Part shown: positions 1-8,848 of the stretch, piece by piece
Numbering within the stretch: position 1 is the first letter of the stretch
Layout: every line of letters begins with the position of its first letter
Notes under the pieces: model-generated
The model's database searches: none
Told to the model about the DNA's origin: nothing
What the model saw: only the letters and a program-made list of their open reading frames with translations
Source: Dehalococcoidia bacterium
GTDB taxonomy: Bacteria > Chloroflexota > Dehalococcoidia > Lucifugimonadales > UBA3495
Reading direction: 5' to 3'
Length of the DNA: 64,000 nt
NCBI GenBank assembly: GCA_965237775.1
Contig: OZ250155.1
Coordinates: 5,057,419 to 5,121,418, forward strand
Made by a program: the position numbers and the translations under genes

Positions 1-171
1 GGTCATCACTGGTAACAACCACTCTCTTACGCGCTCCCTTGCGGGAGGCCGAGCCGCCCCAACAGTGCAAGGCGGCTCCGTCCGGGAATCTCACCCGGGA
101 ACACCGAACGGGTCCGCGTTCAAGCCACCCCGGAGGAACAGCCCTCCGGGACAGCCCGGACCGGATGGGGA

Positions 172-1644
172 CTACCCCGCCGGTGCTGCGCTGCAAGCGC
201 CGGTCTCAACTGCCCCAGGATCGCGCCCCAGTGCGTCCATACGTGCTTCACGCGCTTCCTCGCGGGTACGCTGAAGGCGACATGTCCGCCCGCCGTCAGG
301 ACACTCCCGGCGGCGCGGAACGCGCTCGGAACAGCCGAGTAAACGCCGGGCCAGCGCCAGCGCCGCTGCCTGGTGCACCGTCAGCCCGTAACGTTCCATG
401 AACTTCACCCGGCCTATGACGGAACTGTAGGCCGGGTTGACCTGAAATACCTCTACTCCATTCCGGTGGCCGCGGGAGATGAAGTAAGCCTTGACCTTGC
501 CGTAGCTGAAACTGGACAGCATCCGGCTGTACCTGCGGGACTCGCCCTCCAGTTGGGCCTTCTTCTGCTTGAAGTCCAGCCGCTCAATCACGACGGGCTT
601 GCCGCCTGCCGGGCATGCTCCACCACCCCGGCCACCGAGTCCCCGGTCAGCGCCTCAGCCTGATGGCTGGACCGGCCGTAGGTCACCAGCGGGACCCGCC
701 AAGCTCGAAGGTAGTTGCCGCTGGCGTCGGTCTCGGCCACGGGGCCGGCATTCAGGTCCACGCCAATGGCGCCGCGCCCCCGGTCCGTCGCCGCGGGCAC
801 GGGGGCCATCTTCGTCGTGACGAACACCCGCCATCCCTTCTCATCCCGCTTGAAGCGGTACGATATTGCCTGTCCCAGAGACGTTGCCCGGGCAGCCTTA
901 TCGCCGTGTTTCCGCCGGCATTCAGCAAACTCCAGGTTGGCCTGCAGGGCCGCCAGCACCCTGGCCGTGGCCGTAGGCGAACTTCAAGCCTTCGATGACC
1001 AGGTACTTGCCATGCTGCCCGGCCAGGCAATCCGGCATCCGCAGCCGCAGGGTCAGGGAGCCATCGTCAGCAACCCCGGCCACGCACAACTGGCAACCGC
1101 CGGACTCGTCCCGGCTGCCCAGCACGAAGAACTCGCCGCTGCGGGCATCCCGCCAACCGGCCAGCCATTCCTCATGGCTGCCGTAGCCGTTGGCCTCCAG
1201 GTTGTGCTGGCCGCGCCAGAGCTTCCTGCCGCCGAAGCACAGCCGGACCTGGACCGCCGCCGCGTCGGCCTCGACCCGCGCCAACCTGGACCGCAGGTTG
1301 TCCAGCCTGCGCATCTTCTGATGGACCCTGTGCCGGTCATCCTTCTTCCCCGCGCTTGCCAACTCCCTGCCGGCCCTGCGGACCAGGCCCTTCAGGGTCT
1401 CGCCGTGCAGCAGTTGGGACTCCCGCGCCCCCGAGACCTTCCCCTCCAGGGATACCCGCACCGCGTTGAACCTACGGGCCGGTATGCCGTATTCCCTGAC
1501 GCAGTCCCGCTTCATCGACGCCGCGTACCTGCCGGAAGAAACCTCCGCAAAAAGACGCCTCTGCACCCTGCCGTACAGGGCCGCATAGGCGGACAGGGCC
1601 GCGTCATCACACGAAATTCGCGTCTGATAGGTGGCCTGCATCAT
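172..1644 (-). pseudogene. tnpB: IS607-associated TnpB-like RuvC nuclease, split over at least three frames (922-1644, 588-959, 172-591)
   Basis: Starts MMQATYQTRI at 1644, overlapping the tnpA stop (ATGA). RuvC-I GAIGVDLN, RuvC-II IERLDF, VNPAYSS and HQAAALALARR motifs lie in successive frames. Confidence 0.85.
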
Positions 1645-3304
1645 AGCTCCCTGGCCGCGGCGACGGCCCGCTCGGCCCTTCTCCGGGCGGAACGCCTCCC
1701 GTACAAACGGGGTATTCCAAAGAGCGCTGACGCTTCCTGAGGAGGAGTTCCTCCGTATCCGCACGCTCCGTCCATTCCCGTGGGGGCATTGGAATCCGGT
1801 ATTGGATGATCACGGTCGTAGTGTCTTTCTCCTCTCCTGGGCGGATTCTCACCTGGACTATGACTTCGTTCAGGATCTGCCTTGTGAGGTCCGTATTTCC
1901 TTCCCGGAGCCATGTTTGCAGGCTCTTGGCGTAGGCGGTCACCTTCTTGGGGTTGGCAGTGAGAGCCTTTTCGTTGGACAGCTTGGCCCTTGCTTTCAGG
2001 GCTCTCGCTTCCAGTTGGCCCTTTTCTTCCCTTATTTCAGCGAGCCTTCCCTTGATGTCTCCTGGGACTGCCTGGCCCGTCTCGACCAGATTGAGGAGGT
2101 TCTTCCGGGCTTTCTCCCGCTTCTCGATCTCTATTTGCAGGTCGGTCAGCTCCTCCTCCACTTCCTGTGTGGTCACTGTCTCGCCCTTGGCGACGAGCTC
2201 AATGATTTGGTCCATATTCTCGGGGGTGAGAATGTTCCCGAACACGTGTTCGATCACTGCGGCTTCCAGCTGTTCCGCCCTGGGATTGGGGGTCTCGCAG
2301 GAGTGGTATACCTGGGTACGCCTCAGGTTGCAGTTGTAGTAGCAGCGTTCTCCGCCTGTGGGGGACATCTTGCTGCCGCATACGTCGCTGTAGACCAGTC
2401 CACTGAGCAGGTGACGGCTGGCGACCTCTCGGGGATGTCGGTCCTTGGGTGTGTGGGACGCCATTATCTCCTGGATCCTGTTGTACTCCTCCAGGGTTAT
2501 GATTTCCATTTCGGGTGCAGGTACCAGCAATTCCGTCCCGTCAAATTTTGAGCGTTTTCCGAACTGCACGAATCCGGCGTATGCTATGTTCTTGAGCATT
2601 TTGATGACTCTGGCGTGAGTCCAGGGGTTGTCGTTGGCGCCCGGCACGTTCTCGTCCAGGAAGGTCTTGGCGATTCTCCTGGCGCCAGTGCCGTCAAGGT
2701 ACAGTCCACACATCCTTTTAATGATGTGCTCCGTATTCGGATCGGGTATAAGAAAGGGTCTCATCCTCCCTCTGTCCATACGGTAGTCCCGAATAAATCC
2801 GAAGGGAACGGAAGAGTTGGTCCACACTCCGTGGCTCGCGGACGTCATCCTTCCCCGTGCGATATCCTCGCCCATGTTGTCGCTGTACAGTTCGGCGACG
2901 CCGCCAAGCAGGGTTCTCACGAACCTCACCACTGAGGGTTTCCCCTCGATGGGTTGCTGGACGGCTGTGAGTTCGATGCCCAGTTCTTCCAGTTCGGTCG
3001 CCCTTCGGTCGATGGTGCTGGCTTTGCGGCCGAGCCGATCAAATTTCCATATGGCGACTTCGTCGAAGGCCCGGCTGCGGGCGTCCCGCATCAGCTGGCT
3101 GAGTCCCGGCCGGTCGTCCCGTCTACCGCTGATGCCCTCGTCTGTGTAGACTCCGACGCGGATGCCACCGGTGGCATCCGCGTACGCTTGGAGGGCATTG
3201 TATTGTCCCTCCCTGGTGTTCTCGGCGTCCTGCTTCCAGCTTGACCACCTGATGTAAAAGACGATCCTTTTCTGCTCCCCATCCTGTTTCTTCCTGGCGG
3301 GCAT
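1607..3304 (-). CDS. Large serine recombinase/integrase
   Basis: N-terminal resolvase domain (YIRWSS, DEGISG, RPGL, FDRLGR), recombinase domain (PFGF...LKNIAYAG), zinc ribbon (HLLSGLVYSDVCG...YYNC...C) and coiled coil; 565 aa. Confidence 0.93.
   Translation of the reverse strand: MPARKKQDGEQKRIVFYIRWSSWKQDAENTREGQYNALQAYADATGGIRVGVYTDEGISGRRDDRPGLSQLMRDARSRAFDEVAIWKFDRLGRKASTIDRRATELEELGIELTAVQQPIEGKPSVVRFVRTLLGGVAELYSDNMGEDIARGRMTSASHGVWTNSSVPFGFIRDYRMDRGRMRPFLIPDPNTEHIIKRMCGLYLDGTGARRIAKTFLDENVPGANDNPWTHARVIKMLKNIAYAGFVQFGKRSKFDGTELLVPAPEMEIITLEEYNRIQEIMASHTPKDRHPREVASRHLLSGLVYSDVCGSKMSPTGGERCYYNCNLRRTQVYHSCETPNPRAEQLEAAVIEHVFGNILTPENMDQIIELVAKGETVTTQEVEEELTDLQIEIEKREKARKNLLNLVETGQAVPGDIKGRLAEIREEKGQLEARALKARAKLSNEKALTANPKKVTAYAKSLQTWLREGNTDLTRQILNEVIVQVRIRPGEEKDTTTVIIQYRIPMPPREWTERADTEELLLRKRQRSLEYPVCTGGVPPGEGPSGPSPRPGSYDAGHLSDANFV
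1641..1712 (-). pseudogene. tnpA: C-terminal remnant of IS607-family serine transposase TnpA
   Basis: Reads RLYGRRSARRRAERAVAAAREL*, the typical IS607 TnpA tail (ARLYG motif), directly upstream of tnpB. The rest of the gene is replaced by the integrase 3' end. Confidence 0.75.
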
Positions 3305-3383
3305 GGTCGTTTCCTCCCGTAGGTCTTGTTGCTGGCGGCGGCTCTTGGCGCGGATTGTAAATTCCCGTTGGGTTGCCTGTCGT

Positions 3384-3860
3384 TCAGTGCAAAAGCAGTT
3401 TTCCGGTCAGGAGCTCGTACATTCTGACAACATGCCTCTTGGCCTCTATTGAGAGCGGCGTTTCTGGTTCCCGGCAGGCACTGAGCTTCGGGTCATCCAT
3501 GATGAACTGGTAGGACCGCTCGACGTCGGCTATCCTGGTGTCCTCCGTATCAAGGAGACTGTTTCTGAGCAGTTCTGCGTGGCGGATGATCTCCGCCACG
3601 CCCACCTGGTAGTACTCGGCCACGCGGGTCAAAAATTTCAGGCCCGGTTGCTGGTAGCCGAGTTCCACATTGCACAGGTAGCTGTTCGCTATTCCCGTTT
3701 CGGTCTGAACATCCCTCAGTGTTCTCTTGCCCCTGAGCCGTCTCAGCACAGCGCCGATGGGGAGTGAGTCCTCCTCTGTGGCGTCGCTCTTCTCCTTTTC
3801 CTGTAGGGCTGAGGACACTCCGGTTCCTGCATTTTCTGGCCTGTTCGTCTGGTCATTCAT
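3384..3860 (-). CDS. XRE-family HTH transcriptional regulator
   Basis: IGAVLRRLRG.RTLRDVQTETGIANSYLCNVELG..QPG HTH_3 pattern, immediately upstream of the integrase. Confidence 0.85.
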   Translation of the reverse strand: MNDQTNRPENAGTGVSSALQEKEKSDATEEDSLPIGAVLRRLRGKRTLRDVQTETGIANSYLCNVELGYQQPGLKFLTRVAEYYQVGVAEIIRHAELLRNSLLDTEDTRIADVERSYQFIMDDPKLSACREPETPLSIEAKRHVVRMYELLTGKLLLH

Positions 3861-3990
3861 GGCTTGGACCGCTCCACTGGCGAGGAATTGATGACAGTTG
3901 CTGGTATGCTGCGGGGCTCCGGTGAGTTATAATATATCATAACAGGATTACCCCCCGTAACCGGTCCGTTTTCTTGTAAAACATTCCTGT

Positions 3991-4437
3991 ATGCAAGTGA
4001 CGGATGCCGGGCTGGTTATTAAGCCGAAGATGAGCGACAGAGAATTCGGATCCTCCGTTGGTGGCCGGGAACCTGGTGAAGATACCGTCCCTGGCCTGCG
4101 TCAACTCATGGGCAAAGCGGTCCTGAGGGCTATGGTGGAGGACTGGACCGTCGAGTCGTTGGAGCGGTACTTGAGGACCGGGCAGGGATTGCCCGTCCGG
4201 GAACTGCCGGACGATTCGATCTCAGAGGGTTCGGTGTTGCAGACCCGGTTGATGCGGCAGCTGGCGGGGTTTCCCTATCCGCTGGAAGATCTCTCCAGAG
4301 TCGTCAGAGACTTCTTTGCCCTGGCGGTTTCGGGTACCCGGGTTCTTGAGGATGAGACTATCTCTTACCGGGTGGTCTGGGCATCACGAGGTGCGGTGGC
4401 CGACCCGGTCTTCGTGCTGCGCGGAAACTCCTGGTAG
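3991..4437 (+). CDS. Hypothetical protein divergent from the XRE regulator
   Basis: 148-aa ORF with globular composition after an AT-rich intergenic region (about 3920-3990). Confidence 0.5.
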   Translation: MQVTDAGLVIKPKMSDREFGSSVGGREPGEDTVPGLRQLMGKAVLRAMVEDWTVESLERYLRTGQGLPVRELPDDSISEGSVLQTRLMRQLAGFPYPLEDLSRVVRDFFALAVSGTRVLEDETISYRVVWASRGAVADPVFVLRGNSW

Positions 4438-4578
4438 AGCGCTCCGCTCTGAGGTGCATGCCATTGGATAAGAATCGGGGGACGCCATAAACGTGAGGCG
4501 TCCCCCGTCTGTTTCAGTGCGTCTCGTGGAGTGGTCTTCTCGGTTGGTCCAATGTTCTGATCTGTCCCTGTCACTCGT

Positions 4579-5244
4579 TCAGAACTGAACCTCGTCGGAG
4601 GGCCTGGCCTTTGTTCCGGCGCCGTGAGGGAGCGGCAGCCTGTAGTTGATTTTCGCGGACCCTGGTCCGGCCAGGATCTCCGTTACGGCGGATTCCAAAA
4701 TGGCCCTGGTGATGCTGATGTTGCTGGGCCTGAGATAGGTTTCCAGGTTAAGTGCGTACTGTCTCACCTTCCTTGGATTTTCCACGGCGTTCCGGTACGG
4801 TCCGGCCTGTTCCCACCTCTCGAGGTATTCTGTTTCCGTCTTCTGCGCGTGTTGCATCTTTTCGTCCGTGAGGGGGTACCTTTCGCTCTCGTACAGTGGC
4901 TCCGATTCGTAGTGGTTGAAGCGACGGTGCCGCATGCGTTGCATGTGGAGCATGGCGTCTACGGCGTCTTCGTTCTCTTTCAAGGCTTCCTCGTGGACGA
5001 TCTCCGTTACCTTGCTGATGTTGTTCTCATCCAGGATGGCGTTTATCACGGTCCTGAGTATGAGGCGGTTGAACGGTCCTGCGTCTATGTCCGGCGTGCC
5101 GCAGCCCTTGTTCTTGGTGGTGCAGACATACCTGGAGGCTTCGTCGAGGGATTTTCCAGCCGACTCCATGGGTGCGCCGCAGTGCTGGCACGTCACCATC
5201 CTGTCCAGGAGGTGGCTGGCGGGGTTCTGTTCTATCAGTGTCAT
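4579..5244 (-). CDS. Stand-alone recombinase zinc-ribbon/helical domain protein (no catalytic domain)
   Basis: HLLDRMVTCQHCGAPM...YVC...C, NPRKVRQYA and INYRLPLP align by eye to the C-terminal half of the integrase at 1607-3304; GGAGG RBS upstream. Confidence 0.8.
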   Translation of the reverse strand: MTLIEQNPASHLLDRMVTCQHCGAPMESAGKSLDEASRYVCTTKNKGCGTPDIDAGPFNRLILRTVINAILDENNISKVTEIVHEEALKENEDAVDAMLHMQRMRHRRFNHYESEPLYESERYPLTDEKMQHAQKTETEYLERWEQAGPYRNAVENPRKVRQYALNLETYLRPSNISITRAILESAVTEILAGPGSAKINYRLPLPHGAGTKARPSDEVQF

Positions 5245-5416
5245 TGATGCTGGACCTCCTGGGTGGTTTCGATGCTCACCGCCTGTATGCGACTGCCTTC
5301 AGGGTTTGATCTGCCTTGGCTCCCAGGATTTTCTTCCGGTTCGCCCTTCAGGATAACACAGGCGTCTGAAGAACTTTCCATTCTGGCGTCGTCGTCGACG
5401 ACCGGGGTGGTGCGGT

Positions 5417-5782
5417 TCATTCTTGGTTATCCTCCGACTCGTCCAGGTTAACCGTGGCGGTTGTGAGGGTGATGTCTGGCTCGAATGACCCTCTTTGGGC
5501 TAGGTACACAGGGGCTCCGGGGTCCAGAGGGTTGATTTCTGAGGGCCACCTTTCGTCCACTTCCGCCCTCAGTAAGGAGAAGGTCGCGGATTTGCCGCTG
5601 ATCTCCGTGATTCGTCCTGCATATTTTGCCATGGCGAGCTGCTCAGGATGGTAACGCCAGATGGTCACCTGGGTGCCGTTCCTGAGTCCTGCACGTTGTC
5701 CTTGGGGAGTCAGTCGAAAGGTTGCTCCTGCCGGAGCGGGCTCCTCGATGATCCCTATGGGCATGACTATGGTCTGGTTCAC
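5417..5782 (-). CDS. Hypothetical protein, paralog of 5802-6158
   Basis: Shared pattern PIG.IE.P...ATF.L...T.WRY.P.QLA.AK..G.I; AGAGG RBS upstream. Confidence 0.65.
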   Translation of the reverse strand: MNQTIVMPIGIIEEPAPAGATFRLTPQGQRAGLRNGTQVTIWRYHPEQLAMAKYAGRITEISGKSATFSLLRAEVDERWPSEINPLDPGAPVYLAQRGSFEPDITLTTATVNLDESEDNQE

Positions 5783-5801
5783 TTTTTTCCTCTCTTGCAG
5801 A

Positions 5802-6158
5802 TTATAGCGTTTGCTTTTTTTCGTAAAGGTCTGAGCCCCTTCTTTGGTTGGGAAAATGAAAAAGGGACAGGCAACCGCCTGTCCCTGGGGTTGCTGGGGT
5901 TGCTCTGGTTCCTGGCTGACCCGGCGCCATGTCAGGTTCGCCCCCGGAGGAACCGCAAGTGGCCGTCACGTATCCCACGGCGCTTATGAGCCCCCGGACC
6001 TTGGCGAGAGCCAGTTGTCCGGGTGAGTAGCGCCATACTGTTGCGGGAGTGTTGATGCGCAGGCTCTTCGAGTCCTCGGCATTGTTGAGGATGAACGTGG
6101 CGCCTTCGTCGGTCGGGCGTTCGATGTAACCTATGGGCACGGCGTATGGTCTCGCCAT
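5802..6158 (-). pseudogene. Truncated paralog of 5417-5782
   Basis: Similarity stops at about GYVTAT (~5960), after which the frame runs into a repeated hairpin. Confidence 0.55.
5864..5885 (-). terminator. Intrinsic terminator-like hairpin, copy 1 of 3
   Basis: GGGACAGGC-N4-GCCTGTCCC followed by a T-run on the minus strand. Confidence 0.6.
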
Positions 6159-6169
6159 TTTTTCTCCCG

Positions 6170-7050
6170 ACTCTGATTGAATGGAAAAGGACAGGCTTGC
6201 GCCTGTCCCTGGGCGCTCTCGCCGCCGCGTTAGGTGGGCGGGAGGCGGAGGAACTCTTGCTCTCGGGGGTTCCTGATAGCTCCGCGGAAGCTCGGTGCGG
6301 CCCCAGCGGCCGTGGGCTCTACGTGGTCCTTTGACCCGGATGACGGATGCTGTGTCCGCCGTCTTCGTTCGCCTGTTGGGGCTGCTCCACCGTTTCTTTC
6401 AGGCGAGCGCCTCCTCCGGCAAGTCTATTTCCTGCCGGCGCATGTCGGCCAGGGGGCTGCCTTCCGGCAGCGGGATGGAGTAGCAGATGACTGCCCTCTC
6501 GTCGTGGATTTGAATCTCGGTGATGAACCTGCCCAGGAATTCCCTGCTCTCCACGGTTCTGCCGACGGCCAGGACGAGGCGCTCCGAGTTTTCCATGAGT
6601 TCCTGCACGTCCTGCATGGTCAGCCTGTGTTCTCGTGCTTCGTCGTACCGCCCTGGGTCGTTTGCCACCGCCAGCACCCTGAAGATGGTCTCGTCGATCA
6701 GGACCGTTTGCAGCACCTTGCCGATGAGCAGGACCTCTGCGCTGCGGGCGTGCAGCCGCGGCGTGGGACAACGGCTCTGGCCGGGGCCCGGCCGGCAGGC
6801 GTAGCTGGCTTCCTGGCCGCCCTGGGTGTCGTCCAGCGCCATCGGTTGGCCGCAGCTCCCGCAGGTGATCAGCCCTTCCAGCACGGATATGGGGGTAGAT
6901 CCGATTGTCACGGCGGCGCTCTCCGTTTCCTCTCTGCCTCGCCTGAAGTTGATGAATTGCCACGGTGTTGCAGGTCTGCCCTTTAGGTTCACCCACCGTT
7001 TCGCCCCGCAGGCGCAGAGCTCCATGTCGAGCCGGCACGGGAAGGTGCCG
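6170..7050. repeat. ~880-bp module repeated at 15580-16440 (zinc-ribbon gene, downstream non-coding segment and terminator)
   Basis: Long stretches of direct nucleotide similarity, e.g. GCTCGGTGCGGC, TTGACCCGG.TGACGGATG, CTCCATGTCGAGCCGGCACGGGAAGGT. Confidence 0.85.
6189..6208 (-). terminator. Intrinsic terminator-like hairpin, copy 2 of 3
   Basis: GGACAGGC-N4-GCCTGTCC plus T-run on the minus strand. Confidence 0.6.
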
Positions 7051-7112
7051 CGGTTCACTCGCTTTTCCGAGACCTCGTGCTGGTGGCTTCCGTTGACTCC
7101 GTTCTTCTGCAT
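6399..7112 (-). CDS. Stand-alone recombinase zinc-ribbon domain protein lacking the long coiled coil
   Basis: VLEGLITCGSCGQPM...YAC...C.TPRL and FITEIQI...ICYSIPLP motifs. Confidence 0.75.
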   Translation of the reverse strand: MQKNGVNGSHQHEVSEKRVNRGTFPCRLDMELCACGAKRWVNLKGRPATPWQFINFRRGREETESAAVTIGSTPISVLEGLITCGSCGQPMALDDTQGGQEASYACRPGPGQSRCPTPRLHARSAEVLLIGKVLQTVLIDETIFRVLAVANDPGRYDEAREHRLTMQDVQELMENSERLVLAVGRTVESREFLGRFITEIQIHDERAVICYSIPLPEGSPLADMRRQEIDLPEEALA

Positions 7113-7346
7113 GGCTGACTCCTTCTCCCGTTCCGTCGGATTAGTCTCCCCGGGCCGGAGGGCAGGGAAGGGGCCGGGCGTTCTGCGGGCACGGGTGACG
7201 GACCCGTCCGTCTCTTTGGTGCAGGGAGGCTACCCGGTGTGGCAGGGGTGGTGTGTTGGGTGGAGCCGGTTGCTTAGCCCTGGAGCTGGGCTGGGTTGGC
7301 GGCCATATTGCAGGAGGGTCAGCCGGCGCGCCGGCCCCCCGGGCCC

Positions 7347-7733
7347 TCAGGCCGCCCTCCTCCGCCGGACCGCCGGGTCCCGGGCCACCTGGGCGCCTCT
7401 TGGCGGCTTGTTCCACACACAGAGCAGTTCGACCCCGGCGTCCCGGAGTTCCCTGGCGTACTTCGCCTGGTCTGCCGCGCCCGCGGTGAACCGCCAGCGT
7501 TCGTACGTGATGACGGCGCCGAAGGGTCTGCTTTCCGGCCTGGCCTCTTCCATCATCCGCTGGAACTGGGGCCGGCCGCGTGGGCCCCGATCGTACTCCT
7601 CGTCCTCGTATTCCCGGACGATGGTCATGCCCATGGCGTCCGCGAGCCGCCGGATGGACTCGGCCTGGTAGGCGGCCGTCAGGGTATCGCCCGGGAACAC
7701 CCAGATGTAGGAAGCTGCCCGGTTATGGTGCAT
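7347..7733 (-). CDS. Resolvase N-terminal-domain protein with degenerate active site
   Basis: AASYIWVFP replaces the Y.RVS motif. IVREYED, RPQFQRMM, AVITYERWRF and ELRDAGVELL follow the resolvase fold pattern. Confidence 0.7.
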   Translation of the reverse strand: MHHNRAASYIWVFPGDTLTAAYQAESIRRLADAMGMTIVREYEDEEYDRGPRGRPQFQRMMEEARPESRPFGAVITYERWRFTAGAADQAKYARELRDAGVELLCVWNKPPRGAQVARDPAVRRRRAA

Positions 7734-7904
7734 CCGGTCCCTCCCATCGGCGTTGTCTGCTGACGCCCCGCCACCGGCGGCGGACCGCCGGCGCCCTTAG
7801 GGGAGATTTCCTGCGTGTTTCCGGCCCGGGCGGATTTGTTCTGGGTCCCTTTCTCAGGGAATCCGCCTTGTTTTGGGGATTGTGCTGGGGTTTTGCCCAC
7901 AGGT

Positions 7905-7992
7905 TCAACTCTGTGCAAAATTGGATTTCCTAGCCGGGTGAATTTTGTGCACTTTGGCGCTTTGCACGAGAAGTCGGAAGAGCGGCACGATC
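7905..7992. repeat. Non-coding motif X, repeated at 17425-17522
   Basis: Shared TCTGTG.AAAATTGGATTTCC..GCCGGGTGAATT...GCACGAGAA.TCGGAAGA.CGGCACGA. Confidence 0.8.
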
Positions 7993-8060
7993 TTCCCCTG
8001 TAGAGGGAACCTAGATGCGGACGGGGAAGACGAGTCAGAGACACTCCAACCTTATGGCAT

Positions 8061-8564
8061 CTACCTCGTGAACGCTCGGATGGTGAGGAATGGCGCAGGA
8101 CCCTCCAGTTCAAGCGCGCTGACGACGCCGGCCTCCTTCAGGGCCTTGGCTCCTTCGGGGTCCGTCTTGGGCATGGTAGATATCGTTTCCAACCATGCGG
8201 AGTCCTGGGCGTCGTACAGTCCCTCGTCCAGCGCACACTGGTTGATAACTCTCAGCCTGCGATCCCTCTCAGCCCGCTCCTCGGGGTTGGCGGATCGTAT
8301 GGCCTCAATGGCCTTCATGTCCAACGGCGGCCCCGTCTGCGCTGCGGCGTTCCCGGCGGCCGCGGCGGCGATCAGGATGAGGACCGCGAGGATTGCCGGG
8401 ACTGTCCTGGGAATCCGGGCTCGTTCTGAGGTCTTCAAGGGTTCCTCATCTCGTGATATGCGGATATTTCCACCGTAACGCAGGAGGTGGTTCTCCCGTT
8501 TTAACAAGGGAGAAGATGGGTATGCGCATGGTCTTTTCACCTTGCCTCCGTTATGTAAATTCAA
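8061..8564 (-). CDS. Secreted hypothetical protein (probably internally deleted), paralog of 18435-19049
   Basis: Signal-like hydrophobic stretch; shared C-terminus CA...GLYDAQD.AW...DP..A.....AG.V..LE..GPAPFL. Start codon uncertain. Confidence 0.6.
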   Translation of the reverse strand: MNLHNGGKVKRPCAYPSSPLLKRENHLLRYGGNIRISRDEEPLKTSERARIPRTVPAILAVLILIAAAAAGNAAAQTGPPLDMKAIEAIRSANPEERAERDRRLRVINQCALDEGLYDAQDSAWLETISTMPKTDPEGAKALKEAGVVSALELEGPAPFLTIRAFTR

Positions 8565-8625
8565 CGTAGCACGGTGTTGACGTCCCGCGTTTTATCGTTT
8601 TCGCAGGTCGAGGGTTCCGGGGCCC
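8520..8625. repeat. Non-coding motif Y (promoter/RBS or recombination site), repeated at 15235-15340 and partly at ~10706-10740
   Basis: Identical core TAAATTCAACGTAGCACGGTGTTGACGTCCCGCGTTTTA with TCAAC/GTTGA dyad. Confidence 0.8.
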
Positions 8626-8848
8626 TGGATGTCCTTGGACGCACCTCGTCCATGGGAATGTTGGGGCGCGGTCCTTCCGGGTCTCGGGCCTCTTGCGGGC
8701 TGTGCCTGGCTGGCCTGGTCGGCCGGTATGGCCTGGGGCGGCTGTGCCTGGCTGGCCTGTGGCCGCGGTGTGTGGCTCGGCCCTTTTTCTTTCTGCTCTG
8801 CCGGGTGAAAGGGGATGGGCTGAATACTGTCCCCGGTCCTCTTTTCCC

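Noticed and set aside
172-1644. TnpB as a Cas12f/Cas14 effector
   Set aside because: No adjacent array, and the IS607 tnpA tail overlaps its start.
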